Shown: positions 11,601 through 25,304, counted from the stretch's first letter. The stretch is DNA of 64,000 nt from Octopus vulgaris (GCA_951406725.2 OX597830.1:5146001-5210000); one strand, 5' to 3'. Notes: generated from the letters alone by a model not told the origin. A program made the numbers and translations.

Positions 11601-13219
11601 TTTTAATGTTTTAAGATAGTCCCAATAATCAAGAACATTTATGCTTTATAATAAAAGTTGCTCAAAAACTAATATAATTTCTAAAAATTACAGAGAAATT
11701 GCACCAACATCAATATGAGGAAAATATCTATAACAAATTTTTTATTAATGTATTTATTTTTAAATATATTTTAAAAGCTTAGAAGTTTATAAAATTGAAC
11801 AGAAATGGCTAACGGTAAAGCTAGTTTAATGAAAGCTTTGAAAGTAAAAAAGAAAAATAATGATAGTGAAGCTGAGACCTGAACAACCCCTTAATTTTGA
11901 TTTTAATGTTTAGTGTAGTGTTTATGATACTCAGTTTCCTGGATACAGATTTAAAATCTAGTTGATTGCAATTGTAATTTTCTAAACTATTAATAATCTC
12001 ATCTCTAGAAATGAAAAGTATTTCAACATTCAGATTTATACATATTTTGATCAGTTATTCCTGATGACGATTAGAGTTTAAACCGACAGAAACAGAGTAT
12101 AGATGTAAATATCCATAGACTTTTCATTTTCAGAGATGAAGTAATTTCTTCAAATATTATAAACCATACAACTTCCAGGTATCAGAACAAGTCAGGTGCA
12201 AATGGGCCCATGCCTTCACATATAACTTATCTAAAAACTGAATATTGAAAGAAATAAGATTTTTAATGATTATTTCACTAATAATTATTTCAATAAAACA
12301 CTAGTAGCAATAATTACATTCCAATAATATTGCTATATTTATAACTAGTAATAGAATTATTTTTGTTAATTCAAACTATTTCATCTTGGAATTATAACTA
12401 ATTAGCATTGCAAACAAATATCATTGACATCAGTGTATTTCATTTCACTGGTATATTATCTATTTTATATCATTTACATCTGCTTCCAATATTATTTCAT
12501 TTTTATGATGTGTACTTTTTAATGATTTCCTAGCACTTTTCTATTCATATTTCATTCACAAATTTCTGTTTCAGATATATCTCACCTACTCAATCTCAAT
12601 CATATATATGTGTGTGTGTGCGTATACAGTAAAGTCAATTCCAAAATAAACTTAGTAATATGCTCAATAATTTCTCTTTAAATTTAATGAAAAATTGTAT
12701 TTCAAAATTAACATTCAAGTATTTTCATATTTCTATATGTCTCTATAGTGAGAGTAATTTTTAGAAAAGTAGATTTTCAGAAAAATAGAGTACATTTTAA
12801 CAATGGTCCATTTAGATCTGTATGAGTGTACTTGTGAATATAGGCAAATGCAAGCAAAATTACAATAAATAATCCTCAAAACATTAAAGAATATCATGGA
12901 AAGGTAAAAATAATGAATCAAGTATTGCCCAGAGAAATTTATACTCTGTTGAAGTGAAAAATGATATATTTATGAATTTAAGGGAAAATTTGAAATATTA
13001 ACCATTACATATCATTTACGTATATAATCAGTTTGAAATCATATTCTAGACTTTTATGGAGTATAAAATGTTTGAAGGTTATATTCTTGTTTGTAAAAGA
13101 ACTTGGAAATATATGAAACAGATTAGGATTAAGAACTTAAATGGTGACCCCCTTTTTTTTTTCTATCAGCTATCATCTTAGATATAAAAGTTCTATCTAT
13201 ACATACTGTATGATTCCAG

Positions 13220-13425
13220 TACTGTTGGAGTATCAGAAAAAAAATGCCTTTCAATACTTTTGCTCTGGTTTTGTGTTCTGAGTTCAAATATCATCAAAGT
13301 CAACTTTACTTTTCATCCTTCAGAGATTGATAAAATGAAATAACAGTCAAATATACTGAGGTTGATTTAATTATGTAACAAAGCCTGCCTCTCCACAAAT
13401 TTCAAGACTTGTGCTAACATTTGAA
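13220..13425 (+). mobile_element. Degenerate SINE family B
   Basis: GTTCTGAGTTCAAAT..GTCAACTTTACTTTTCATCCTT shared with 35112-35326. Confidence 0.65.
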
Positions 13426-15279
13426 GCAGTTGTATTCTGAATATCTAGTTTACAAATATATTTTAATATATAAAGGGTAAGAAAATGAATTTTCTTTGCT
13501 ATTGCAATTAAACAAGTCCCAAGCTCTGAAACAAAAGATTTGAAATAGACAGCCAACAATGAACAACACCGACAGCATCCAATTCTGATATTTAAGCATC
13601 AGTATAGTAATCTTGCTTGTTACATTTATATGGTGACAGCTGTTGAGAACACTACATAGTAAAGAAGCATATTAAGTATTTGAGACTAAAAATTAACTAT
13701 TCTCACAAACATCTCAAATACAGTCTACTTAGATATGAGTACTACAGCCTACACCTGCTTTCACTCTGCATTTTTGGCAGATGTTATACAAGCAGTAGTA
13801 TTGGATTCACGAAAACCTTACAGAAGTGTGGAGTACCCATGCCAATGATCCATAAGGATATCAAATGGGAAAACAAGTTTTGCATTATGGTTATGGAATT
13901 CCATATTACAATAAGATTTTCAGGATTAGGGCATTTCCATAAAATGGGGGTTTTCTGTAATGATTGTGGTGTAACTTACAGTTTACAGTCCAGCTTAAAA
14001 TTTTCAGTTTAAGATTGAAGATAAGTTAAAGTCAAAATATTCAAAATAATTTTTTTCTCCACCATTCCATGAAGTGATTTTTATTACTTTCCTTCTTCCT
14101 ACAGTGAAATGACAATCCTCAAAGTAAATCAGAAAAGCTCAGTTAAAATGCCATCATAATTCTTTGTTATATTATCAGAATTTATGCCAGTATTCTGAAC
14201 AGTAGTAAGAACTTACAAGACCATCCAGAATAGGATGGATTTATCGTTTCTGAAGTGGGAATCTTATAAATGAAAGTGACTTTTAATTCCTTTCTGTCTG
14301 CATGCAGACTTGACTATAATTACTTGTGGAATAAAATATAAATAAATTTATTCATGGCTTCAAGTGAAATGAAGCATTTGATGTGATAGTATGAAATTGA
14401 CTTTTATAAAGGAACAACTCTTAGAAGTCTTTCAGTTAATTTTCCTCTTGAAATCACACTGATTTAGTCATAAGAAATTTAATGTTTGAGACTTAAAAGA
14501 ACATCCAGTCTTCAGCCAGCCATTCCAATTATAAAGGTTTTATCATACAAAATATTACCCTGACTGCCATTAATTGCCCCATCTCAAAGTTTCATGCATT
14601 ATCTCTAATTCTGATAAAAGTAAATGTAAGCAGGTATAGAAGCAAAATGAATCGGGTCAGTGATATGAAATATTTAACACTGTCTTTGCAATTATAATTT
14701 TACATGGTTAGTCTGTGTTCTACAAGATTCAACTATTTATTTATTTCCATATTATTCCAAGTTGAGAAATTCTTTAAACATAGAAATAAATTTCTGAATA
14801 CATTAATATGGAAATATATTTTCTCTGCCTGATAAATTAGTATAACACAAAGTAAAGTTTCTGTTGTTTAATATTTGAGTAGTAACCAAATAAATATATT
14901 TTGACTCTACAAGTATTTTAATACTTTCCACTCTGCTTCAAAGACTCATTTTACTGTCAGACAACTTATTGGCACTAAATCCTGGTTAAGTGAATAAATT
15001 ACAATGAGATTTGCTTTTCATTCCTCCAGATAAAAATATTTTTCTAGTGAACTTTTCTCAAAGCAGACATGGGTTGGATGAAACTTGTTGGAGTAACATC
15101 TTACAGCCAGATGATGTCCCTCCAAATACCAACCCACATTTTGTTTTCATGTAAGGTACTTTTTATTCCAAAGACAAATCTGTGTAGATTGAAGCCACAT
15201 ATCTACAGCATGTTGTGAAGGATATAAACACATCACCACCTCCCAAGTAAATCAATGTGAGGACACATACATAAACACC

Positions 15280-15435
15280 CATACACCAAACAGGCTTCCA
15301 TAAAGTTTCTGCCTACCAAATTCACTTCAAGACCTTGGTCAGCCTAAGACAATGATGCCTGCCCAAGGTGCTACAGTTGAAGCAAAACCACAAAGTTGTA
15401 AAGCAAAATTCTTAGCCTCACAGCTATGCTTGCAT
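15280..15435 (-). mobile_element. Degenerate SINE family A
   Basis: GGCTTCC..CTACCAAATTCACT..GCCCAAGGTGC..CACAGCTATGC. Confidence 0.6.
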
Positions 15436-17686
15436 CTATTTGAAACATTGTTATATGATTCCTAATAGATTATCTTTCATTAAAATCTACTTTTCATAGG
15501 AATCTAAAGAATTCACAGGAATTATATCCGTGTTTTGTATTCACTTGTAATAAGCAAGTGGGTCACTTGAAAATTAAAATGTTTTGCGATGAATACCACT
15601 CAGTGCTCATGCCAGATGTGAGCCATCAACTACTGAGGTGATAGATTAGGTGTTCTACACCTCAGAATATTAACATAACCAAATGAAATAAAATTTCTTT
15701 TGAAAAGAACAATCTATTAGCAAATCTCTTATTAAAAGAAGCAAGTATTTTAATATCAGTTAAAGGTCAATATGATGAGGAATTCTTTTAGGGAAGAAAA
15801 CACTACACACATTTTATGTTTCTCAAAGTGAGGAAACAAATACCAATAATTTAATTCCGTGAAAAAATTATTAAGAGATGAAAGAAACACACTTCTAAGT
15901 AGTTTTATTTGCTTGCAAACGATTTATACTTGCATATATATATTGTACTGAAATTTCCTCCTATGAAAAACTACTGAGCAAACAACTGTATACAATCTAT
16001 TTTTTAATTTCAACCAAAATTAGAAGACTTTAATATGAAGAAAGATGTATTTGAATATTTATTTTGTAGTCTGCTGAATTAATATTGAGTTTGAAATAGA
16101 ATTTTATTAGTAAGGAGATGGATGTTTAGATATTTGCTCTGGAACTCCCAGAATTGTTGTTTTGCTTCCTATTAAATTGAATGAGTAACAAGACAAATGT
16201 AAAATGTTTTATGTACACTAAAATGATTGCTCTTCCAACACAGTGAATGGGTTATATTGGCAGAGTCAAATATCATTAAATAACTGAGTTACTGCAATAT
16301 ACTGTGCAGTAAATGTCAAAATCTATGAAAATAATGAATTTCAGTAATGTTGATGCTGTTTGCATGAAATCAAAGAACCTAATTCCTATGGACCAATATA
16401 AAATGTTGTAAAAGGAGGGATGTTCAAATATTATCAGGAATGGTACTTTCATAACATAACTATATTACATGATCAGATATGAGATAAATGAGGTAAAAAA
16501 AAAAAGAAATGTCAGAAGGTGAAAACTGTAATTTTCAAATAATTTCACAGAGACAAAAGGTAAAATTCTCAAAATTCTACATTTATTTTGCTTTGAATTG
16601 AACAATTCAAGGAGGTCAATGACTCCTGGTATCTTCAGCCTTATTCTACTGACTGTAAGGAAGACTTCCTGTCATGCAAAAGACTAGCATGATGTGTTTG
16701 TAACAAGATCGAAAATATCTAGCAATTAAGTATCTTGAGGTCAAAATGGCAAGCCTTCTTGAGGGCCTGTGTACATTGCATTCTTCTCTACGAATCTAAA
16801 CCACAGTCTATAAAAGAAGAAGCTTCAAGACCACATTGAATGTAGATGGAGGTTCAAATCATCTTATGACATGAGTAAATGACCAAAGAGAATATCTATG
16901 TCTACTATTTTTACTCATACAGGGTTGGCTTCACTTCAGTGCTGAGCCAAAAACTCTATCAAATATTACATTTTAGAGACTTCTACACTATAACAGAATA
17001 TAAAGACTCCTCTGATACAATGACGTTGTTATTGGCAGAGATGCACAACATGAAACTGAGGACCAGGCAAAGCCAGTGGCGAGGGACAGAGATCCCTGAT
17101 GAAGCACAGTGAAATGTATCTCAGTTGAGACCACTTGAAAGAAATTCTTCAATTTCCAAGTTTAATGAGAAATTTTAATCAGTTGTAAGAGTCTTCCTCA
17201 AATGCAGAGAATGGTACAGTGCCATGTCTGCTGCTTGATTTATTGTTCACAAAACTAATTATTACATTTCTAATTATAGTTATTGTAAGATTATGATTTA
17301 ATTGTTGGAGCAAAATTTAAACTGGTGCCAATATTTACAAGTCAATGAACATATATTAAGATATTTAATATTGACCACTAAGGAAAATAAATTGAACTGC
17401 TAAAAGTTACTTCTTAATTATTATAAATTGTTTCCACACCAATATTTTAATCAAAACATTAAGCAGCATATAGTTTTTCACATAATTATAAAAGTGAACA
17501 GTTTTTAAATTAATTACCATATAAAAATAATTAGAATTGGTCATACACTTGCTCCTTTCATCCACCTATTCTGCTCTTTCTTCTGACATTGCTTACTCTC
17601 TCTCTGAATCGCCTCTTTGGTCACTTGAATAAATGCCCTACATTATTCAACATCTTCATCTACACATTCTCATTTCTAGCCTTTCC

Positions 17687-17917
17687 TATTTCTTTACTAC
17701 TCACAAGGGACTAAACACAGAGGCGACAAACAAGGACAGACAAACGGATTAAGCCGATTACATTGACCCCAGTGCGTAACTGGTACTTAATTTATTGACC
17801 CTGAAAGGATGAAAGGCAAAGTCAACCTCAGTGGAATTTGAATTCAGAACATAGCAGCAGACGAAATACGGCTACGCATTTCGCCCAGTGTGCTAACGTT
17901 TCTGCCAGCTCACCACC
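17687..17917 (-). mobile_element. SINE family B (tRNA head, MetaSINE-like central domain), full length with TSD
   Basis: Minus strand starts GGTGGTGAGCTGGCAGAA; core GTTGACTTTGCCTTTCATCCTTTCAGGGTCAATAAA; 14-bp TSD TTTCTAGCCTTTCC at 17673-17686 and 17919-17932. Confidence 0.9.
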
Positions 17918-18974
17918 TTTTCTAGCCTTTCCACCATCATCCCTTTCTCCACCTATTCCCTTCCTCAATCTACATTGTAGTTGCTGAGAACAAGGTAACT
18001 TACCTCCAATGCCAGTACCATGACATAATGTGCAACCTCCACCGCACATTCCCTCTAGAGGGATTGGTGAGCAACACAATCCTTCTAGTGCCATGAGAAT
18101 ATTCTGTGAAGTGGTCATAGGAAGGGTATCCAAACATAGTAACTAAGCTAAATTACTTGTACAAGCACCAGTTTATCAGAGTAGCAACCCCAATAACAAA
18201 TTACTTGAGCAGTGATGTCCCATCCAAGCCATGCCAGCATGGAAAGCTGGTGTAAAAGAACTATAAAGATGAAATGGATTTAAAAATTTAATAAGGAAGT
18301 TAGCAACATTACGAATGGAACTTGAACCCATAACATGAAAGAACAAAAACTAAGTACATTGAGAGACATTTAAGTTTGTGATATTACAATCTCAGTCTAC
18401 TCAATGGGAAAAAATTAATGGTGCACTAAAATATTTTTGTCTTTAATTACAGGAACTAAGTAAATAAAAACCAGTTTCTATTTTAACCTCAAAAATGTTC
18501 TATTCTACTTGTAGCTGAGTTGGTCAGCGTTTTAGAAAATCATGAGAAATAGTTACAAGTTACAGAGAAAGAACCCACTTTGATTTTATGTTCAGCATCA
18601 TTCCTTGTGCTATTTCAGCACTAACAATAAATTGAAGTGACATTGAATATATTATTCTCAATTTATTTCTAGTTTGATGAATTCGAATAAATTAGATATA
18701 CCAAATAGTACAAAAGGAAATATTTCAGCTAGCTCAGTACACAACACTTTCAAGCTATATTTCAGTGTTTAGCATTTATAATCTCATATTGGTTCACAAA
18801 CATAGTAGTATATATTAATTGCCTCAGGTTTTACAGTTAGTTAAGTAATCAACTTTATTTGAATGTATCCCACATGTGATCAAGAGATTTGCAGTTGACC
18901 ATGTCAACCAACCAGCTGAAGAATCAGTGATAATGTGAAGAACCACATTACCAGTACTCAACTATTTAGCATCT

Positions 18975-19800
18975 TCATCATCATCATTGTATGTCCATTT
19001 TCCAACATTGGCATGAGTTGAACGGAGCATTACAATCCAAGACTTGTTAAAAGTTATAAGCTTCCTAGACAGGTCAAGGATCACATCACATTTGTACATT
19101 ACATTTTTGGCATGGATTCTACAGCCATTACCTCCTTATCACCAACCACTTTACAGAGGGTACAGGTTACATTTGTGGCATCATCACTAGAGGGATTGCC
19201 ATCATGACTAGAGAATGTCCTTATGTTGTTTCTATTTGCTCATTCACCAGAAACAGAAAGGTCTCCTAGTCACTATTCCCAAGCAAGGCTGAAGACATTC
19301 TCCTATTTCCTGTGCTGCTTTTGTCCCTTTCTTACCTCACTAGAAAAAGCTACAATAATCAAAAGTGCACCATTGTCATTCCAAATCTCTTCTCAATCCT
19401 CACTCTTTTGCAATCCTCACATTACTGATCCTCACGTCATAGAACGCATACACACCACTTGGTTTCTGCTTCTTCTCCAGAAGAATAATACTGTTCTTCG
19501 CTTCCCTACTTTCTTCCAATCTTTGTTGGCCATCTGATCAGCTTTTATGGTTGTATCTATTGTAATATTCCATCACCATGGCAACTTCCATATGGGTGAA
19601 ACTTGTTACATCTCTAGTCTGTTGCCTACAACAGTTTATCTCAGAGAAGCCTCCAGTTCCTCACTATGTAGTAAGTTCCTCTCTCCTCCTTTCTTCCATA
19701 CAACTTTTCTGAACATATGTCAGGTAAAACAGTCTTTCAGTTTCCCAGTCTTCCTTCACTAGATTGTCATATGTCTCTCGGTCAGTCTAGCTATTATCCT
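18975..19800 (-). mobile_element. Old RTE fragment (tail plus decayed ORF end)
   Basis: (CAT)n..GTCCATTTTCCA..ACCAACCACTTTACAGAG tail followed by decayed ORF-like sequence; inner boundary approximate. Confidence 0.55.
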
Positions 19801-20242
19801 TAAATCACTGACCACTAGTCTGTGTTGTGTGATATAAATTTATCACTCAGTGGTGGAGTTTATTAAATTGTAAAGATGTACCTTGAACAAAATCTGCGAG
19901 ACAAAATCGATTCTATATCTATGAGAAAAATGAAATATTTCTCAATTATTGGAATAAATTGGAAAATCAAATGTAATTAAACCGTCATTCACTACATTAT
20001 TAACAGCTTTTGATGTTCAGAAGTTTAAAAAAGTTTTATACACCCACTTCTTAATATTCCTTACAATATGACTGGATCAGAATTAACAAGCTTAATCCAG
20101 GAACAGAAGAAAATGTAAAGTAAATCTTATGACCAAACTACAACATAAATCAAAGGCACACACACATTAAATATGGGAAATCAAATTTCTGTAAAGAAAA
20201 ATGATTTGATGGCTACCAAGCAACAATACTAATGTAGATTAG

Positions 20243-20440
20243 GGTGGCCAGTTGGCAGGTAATGAAAGTGTCCAACAAAAAGTTATTTAGTTATAGCCCT
20301 TTACATTTTGAGTTCAAATTCCACCAAGATCAACTTTATTTTATTAATCTCCATAAGGATGAAAGGGTTAAAGGAATACTCTAGTACTGGAATCAATTCA
20401 AACTATATCCTTCCCCAACATGTAGTCTTATGTCAATGTT
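20243..20440 (+). mobile_element. Degenerate SINE family B
   Basis: TTTTGAGTTCAAATTCCACCAAGATCAACTTT matches family B. Confidence 0.55.
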
Positions 20441-20916
20441 AAAATGAAATTTTAGGGTAGTTTGCTTTAGGTAAAATGTCCTTGTTAAAACAAAGAATGT
20501 TGCATAAACGATGAAAAATTTCCAGGAAGCCAGTTTTCTAATGAACTAAAGTGATCAGTGATTCTTGAAACAACTAATATAAATAATTAAGAGATTTTCA
20601 TGTAACTTTAGAATATATCATAGTTTAGTATTTTCTTGGCTTGAATACCATTAGCCTGTGATAACCTAAGTTTTCAAAAGACAATCTGATTGTAGTGTGT
20701 TCTGTAGAGTCAATGAGTGAAACTTAATAATAAGCAAGGATTAAGAGAAGACATATAGAAATGCTTTTAAAATGTACTTTATTCCATTCCTCCATCATTC
20801 AGTTTGTTACTAGATTGCTTTGTGCTCATATGGTTTTTCTCTTATTTACTACAGACTGCAGTTGAACATAAGACTTGCACTGCCAGGTAAATATGCAATT
20901 TAGATCGTTACATATA

Positions 20917-21115
20917 CATCATCGTCATTTTGATATCTACTTTTCCATGTTTGCATAGGTCAGACAGAATTTGAGAAAATTTTCTATGATGCCCTTCTTC
21001 ACACCAACCCTCACTTGTATCCAAGAAGGTAATGTTTCCCCATGACCAAACATGTCTTCACAAAAGACTGGAAATAAATGACACCATTTGTATGGCAGTC
21101 ACACTCATTTACAGC
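20917..21115 (-). mobile_element. RTE-type tail fragment
   Basis: CATCATCGTCATTT..TTTTCCATG..GATGCCCTTCT..ACCAACC. Confidence 0.55.
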
Positions 21116-21164
21116 TTTCACAGAGTGTCAAAATAGGGAGTCAAGCAAACATGTATAATGGTTT

Positions 21165-21306
21165 TCTTTCTGATTCCATCCACCAAATCTACTCTCAAGG
21201 CTTTTGTTAGAGCTTTAGTAGATGACACTAATCCAAGGTGCCATGCTCTGGGTGGCACTTCAAACAAAACTCCATGGCTGGAAAGCAAACTTAAACACAC
21301 AACCAT
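21165..21306 (-). mobile_element. Degenerate SINE family A head
   Basis: CACCAAATCTACTCTCAAGGCTTT..CCAAGGTGCCATGC. Confidence 0.6.
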
Positions 21307-22070
21307 GTAATTCATAACAATATCTATTGTTATTGTTTCAACAAAGGATTTAACTTCCTGCAAGTAAAGAGGGTTTCTCATTCATTAGAGAAAATTCATT
21401 TTATTGGCACCACCACATTGTCACGTGGAATGATTCTGTAAAATTTGCTACTTGAATTGCTTGTTTCCAATGTTTTAGCATTATGTGTTTTTATGATTTA
21501 AAACAATTCAAATTTTATGTATTTAATGCCAGGTATATTTAAACCTGATTCATAAATGTTCATAAAAATATTGCTCCATTTTTAAAGACACAAAATATAT
21601 TGCTTTGTAATATTGATTAACCTACTAAATTACAAAAATCTTATCTTAAAATGTAATTAAATTTAAACAAGTTTATATTTAGAATATAATTAGCCTTCAG
21701 ACTTAAGATACATATTATAAAAACAGTAATTTTTTTTCTAATTTCAAAGAAAGAAATAAAATACAATTTACATCATCTTTTATATATTTAGAATATTTTG
21801 TAAAATGAATCATATATATATTTGAATCTCTAAATTACACTATTGACCTTAGTTTTAATTTTTCATATTCTAATTATACCGTGTTCAATATTAATGAATC
21901 TAGTGAAAAACTATACTTGTCTGCATTCAACAAGCATAAAACAGTTACAAGGAAATGCCTTCATTGGTCTCCCCAAATTTGCCAATTACCAACAAATGAG
22001 CTTCTGCACATTACTCAACCTACTACACACAACAGCTTAATTCCCTATTGTCTTCAAAAAGGGCACTACA

Positions 22071-22109
<39 letters not shown>

Positions 22110-23619
22110 GTTGGAACAAACTAAATGGTAACACTTTTAATGTGGAAGAGCAAATTCTTCAAAAAATTTTATGGTTGTTTATTTTCAAAACAATAAAAAA
22201 TTTTCAATATTAGAGAAAAATATTTAAAACAAAGAGAAAGTAATTAATTTCTTTTAATTAGGTAGTTCTGAATAAGAGAGGCAGAGCCCATACAAAACAT
22301 GAAAATATTTCATATTCTCAACAAATTAAGATGAAATGCTTGTAATTTTCCCATCATTATATCTTTTAGCATTTCTAAACATGGTGTCTAATATTTCTAT
22401 TAATTAACACTTAATATTTATTTAAACAATAGCCAGCTTGATGATAAAATGTTTTCATTTCTTATTCAATTAATAATAATTGTACTGGAGCAGTATTTTA
22501 TTACCAGAAAACACATTAAAATTTAAAATTGTAAACTAGAAAATGTTATTTCTGAAAACATGGAGAGACAAGAAAGCAGCTTTAAAAAACACCAGAAATG
22601 AAATAGACTTCATTATATTTTTTAGCCATAATGTAGTGAATGACAGAACTGGTGGAGCAACTAAACAGAATATTTTGCAGGAATATTTTGCATTTCTTAA
22701 TTCCCTAAATTCAAACTGAATAAAAGCCATCACTTCTAGTCATCTTCCAAGGATAAAATAAATTCCATTCAATTATTGATGTTGATCTGACTGGCTCAAA
22801 ACAAAAGTGTGGCAAAAGTTGTGAACAAAATCACAGTTGGTTTGAAGTAGTTTTCACTCAAAGAGATAAAGCATAACTTAAATGGATTAGAGGATTTGTG
22901 TTACACAATGAAATTATTTAAAATGAAATGGCTTTTCTGACTGAATCATTGGAAAGGAAATTTATGTTCAGTTCTAATGATGATCATAGTTATTAAAATA
23001 TACAAGAGAGTATGAAAAATATTTGAAACATTTCACACATAATTTGCAATAAACATCATCAGAAATATAATCTCCAGATTGTTGTAAACTGTTTTAAGAG
23101 AATTATGACAGATAAGTCGAAACAGACATGTGAACACGCACAGTTACAAAATTTACATTTATCATATCCTCAAAGAATGCAGTCAATAACACGAGATATA
23201 TATGGTGCACAAACCTACACACTAGTGCATGTGTGTGTGAACATGACATGCACATCAGAAATGTGTCCCACAAAATCGTGTTTGTGACTTCAGGAGTGTA
23301 TATAGCATGGCTTCATCCAAGTCATTGCTACAATTGTTCATTGATTCCTGACTAACAACTTCCATAGACTTGCAAGACCTTTAGCACATTGCAGGTGTAA
23401 TTTAACAAGATATCTGAAGATGCTCTGTATGACCCCCCCACCACCACCACCAGACACACACACACACAAATGAGTACTAAAAAAAACAAATATGAGTGAA
23501 AAACTGTCATATGAGGTGGTAAACTGTAAACTGTTGAGCTAATAGCTTCAGAATGCCATGCCTGCTATATCTTGATTAAAGCCCATTATTTCAAGTTACA
23601 TTATTATTACAATTATTAT

Positions 23620-23842
23620 GGCGGTGATGTGGTAGAATCGTTAGCACGTCGGGTGAAATGCTTTACAACACTTTGCCTGTCTGTAAGTTCTGAGTTCAAA
23701 TTCCACCGAGGTTGACTTTGCCTTTCATCCTTTTGTGAGCAATAAAATAAAGCATTAGTTGAACAATAGTGTTGATGTAGCCTACTCATCCCCTCTCCCT
23801 AAAAGTGCTGCCCTTGTGGCAAAATTTGAAATCATTATTATT
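23620..23842 (+). mobile_element. SINE family B variant
   Basis: GGCGGTGA..GTTAGCACGTCGGG..GTTCTGAGTTCAAATTCCACCGAGGTTGACTTTGCCTTTCATCC, (ATT)n tail. Confidence 0.85.
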
Positions 23843-24624
23843 TCAAAATTTAAGGGCTCATTCACAAATACAAGACATTATAAATCTCTTAAGTCAATCT
23901 GTTAGCAAAGCAATAAATGGAGATGATTATTCAGCTTGTGACCATTCTTGAAATTCCAATGAAATATATTTGTACCACAGAACTTCACTCGTAGACAAAC
24001 ACACGCAAACACAAGTGTTTATGCTTGCTAAGATTATTGCATTCCTTATAAATGTTTGGCCTCTATGTGCGATAACCTCTTCAAAAGACCAATTATATGT
24101 TACAAAGGATATCAATTAAAAAACAGGCGAAGCCATTCTTCCTATTATTGGTAGATATAACAGTGTTAAAACATTGATTTGCATCTGTCAGCCCAACATT
24201 ATCTCAAGTATTTGATCAGACAAAATGTTTTGTCTTCCTGTCTTTATTAACTGCCTAAATGTAAGCATAATCATATCAACTTTACCTAGTTATCCCAGCC
24301 ATCCACACTATAAAACTTCACTGCCCTCCTTTCTTTAAGATTATGAATAAAGAAAATATATGTACACGCACACACATTTTCATGTGTACATAAACACTTT
24401 CAGACCCTCTTAAGTCTTGAAATGATTTTATATTCAAATTTCTTATTCTATTTACTCATCAGTTATGATTTAAATGCATGTCTGCCAAAACGATGATAGA
24501 ATAGATCTTGATGATAGCAATTTTGGGTTTTTGTTTTTCTATTTTAAAAGCTGAAATAGTGAAAATATATTTTAAAATATTCTCTTCTTATTCCAATTCT
24601 TAATGTATCTTTTCTTTCCTGCAG

Positions 24625-24707
24625 CTCACCCAACCTTCAAAGGGATAACAATATCCATGGCAACAAGTATGTATGATACACTTGCCATTGATGGAGCAGA
24701 GTATTGA
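24625..24707 (+). CDS. Putative terminal coding exon of an unidentified gene, xHPTFKGITISMATSMYDTLAIDGAEY*
   Basis: Acceptor TCTTTTCTTTCCTGCAG (AG 24623-24624); the phase-1 reading is the longest of the three frames and joins in frame to 10778-10816; followed by a long TE-free stretch. Confidence 0.5.
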
Positions 24708-25304
24708 TGCAGATGTGTCTGAAAAGAGTCTGACAAAAATGTTGGATTTTACCAGTGACAGAAGTGACAACTCCAATATCCCAAAATATATTGATTGGCA
24801 AGAAGATTTCAAGAAAGTTCTGCCTCTGCTGCTGTCTGAGTATATTCAGTAACATTTTCGCTGACCAGCCAATCTGAAATTATCTCAACAATTACTGGAT
24901 ATGTTTTGAGGACAACTTCCAACAACAATCAAAAATGGAGGTTGCCAAATGTCGAAGCTCACCAAAATCAAAGTCGAAATCAAGTAGAAATTTGAGCTTA
25001 TCATCACATAATTGTCTCAGAGTCTATTCTGATGTTGATGTAGAATTTCTCACAGCATGCATGGCTATTCGTGATGCAAACCACTCCAACATGTTTAAAG
25101 ATCATGTTGTAACCATTATGTTCATAGGATTCTTGTTCAGAATTTTGTTATTGTCTTGGAGAGAGAAAAGTTACTACTTTCAAATGGGATGGCACAACCA
25201 TGTGCTAAAAGGGAATGCAGAGCGAGAGGAAAAAAATTAAATTTTTCTTTTTGTTTTTTTTTTAAATTGGAAACCTATTTTTGTTGGTCAAGAAATGAAA
25301 ATAC

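Noticed and set aside
17090-17130. CTGATGA-agcacagt-GAAA hammerhead-like boxes (similar cases at 32850, 44732, 63223)
   Set aside because: Stem I and/or stem II cannot form.
16600-17240. Higher-complexity block with a 77-aa ORF
   Set aside because: No splice-supported exon or recognisable motif; probably an old LINE relic that I cannot assign.
23014-23060. Minus-strand CUGAUGA...GAAA with a 6-bp AU-rich stem I
   Set aside because: No stem II pairing and a non-palindromic stem III loop; plausible by chance in AT-rich DNA.
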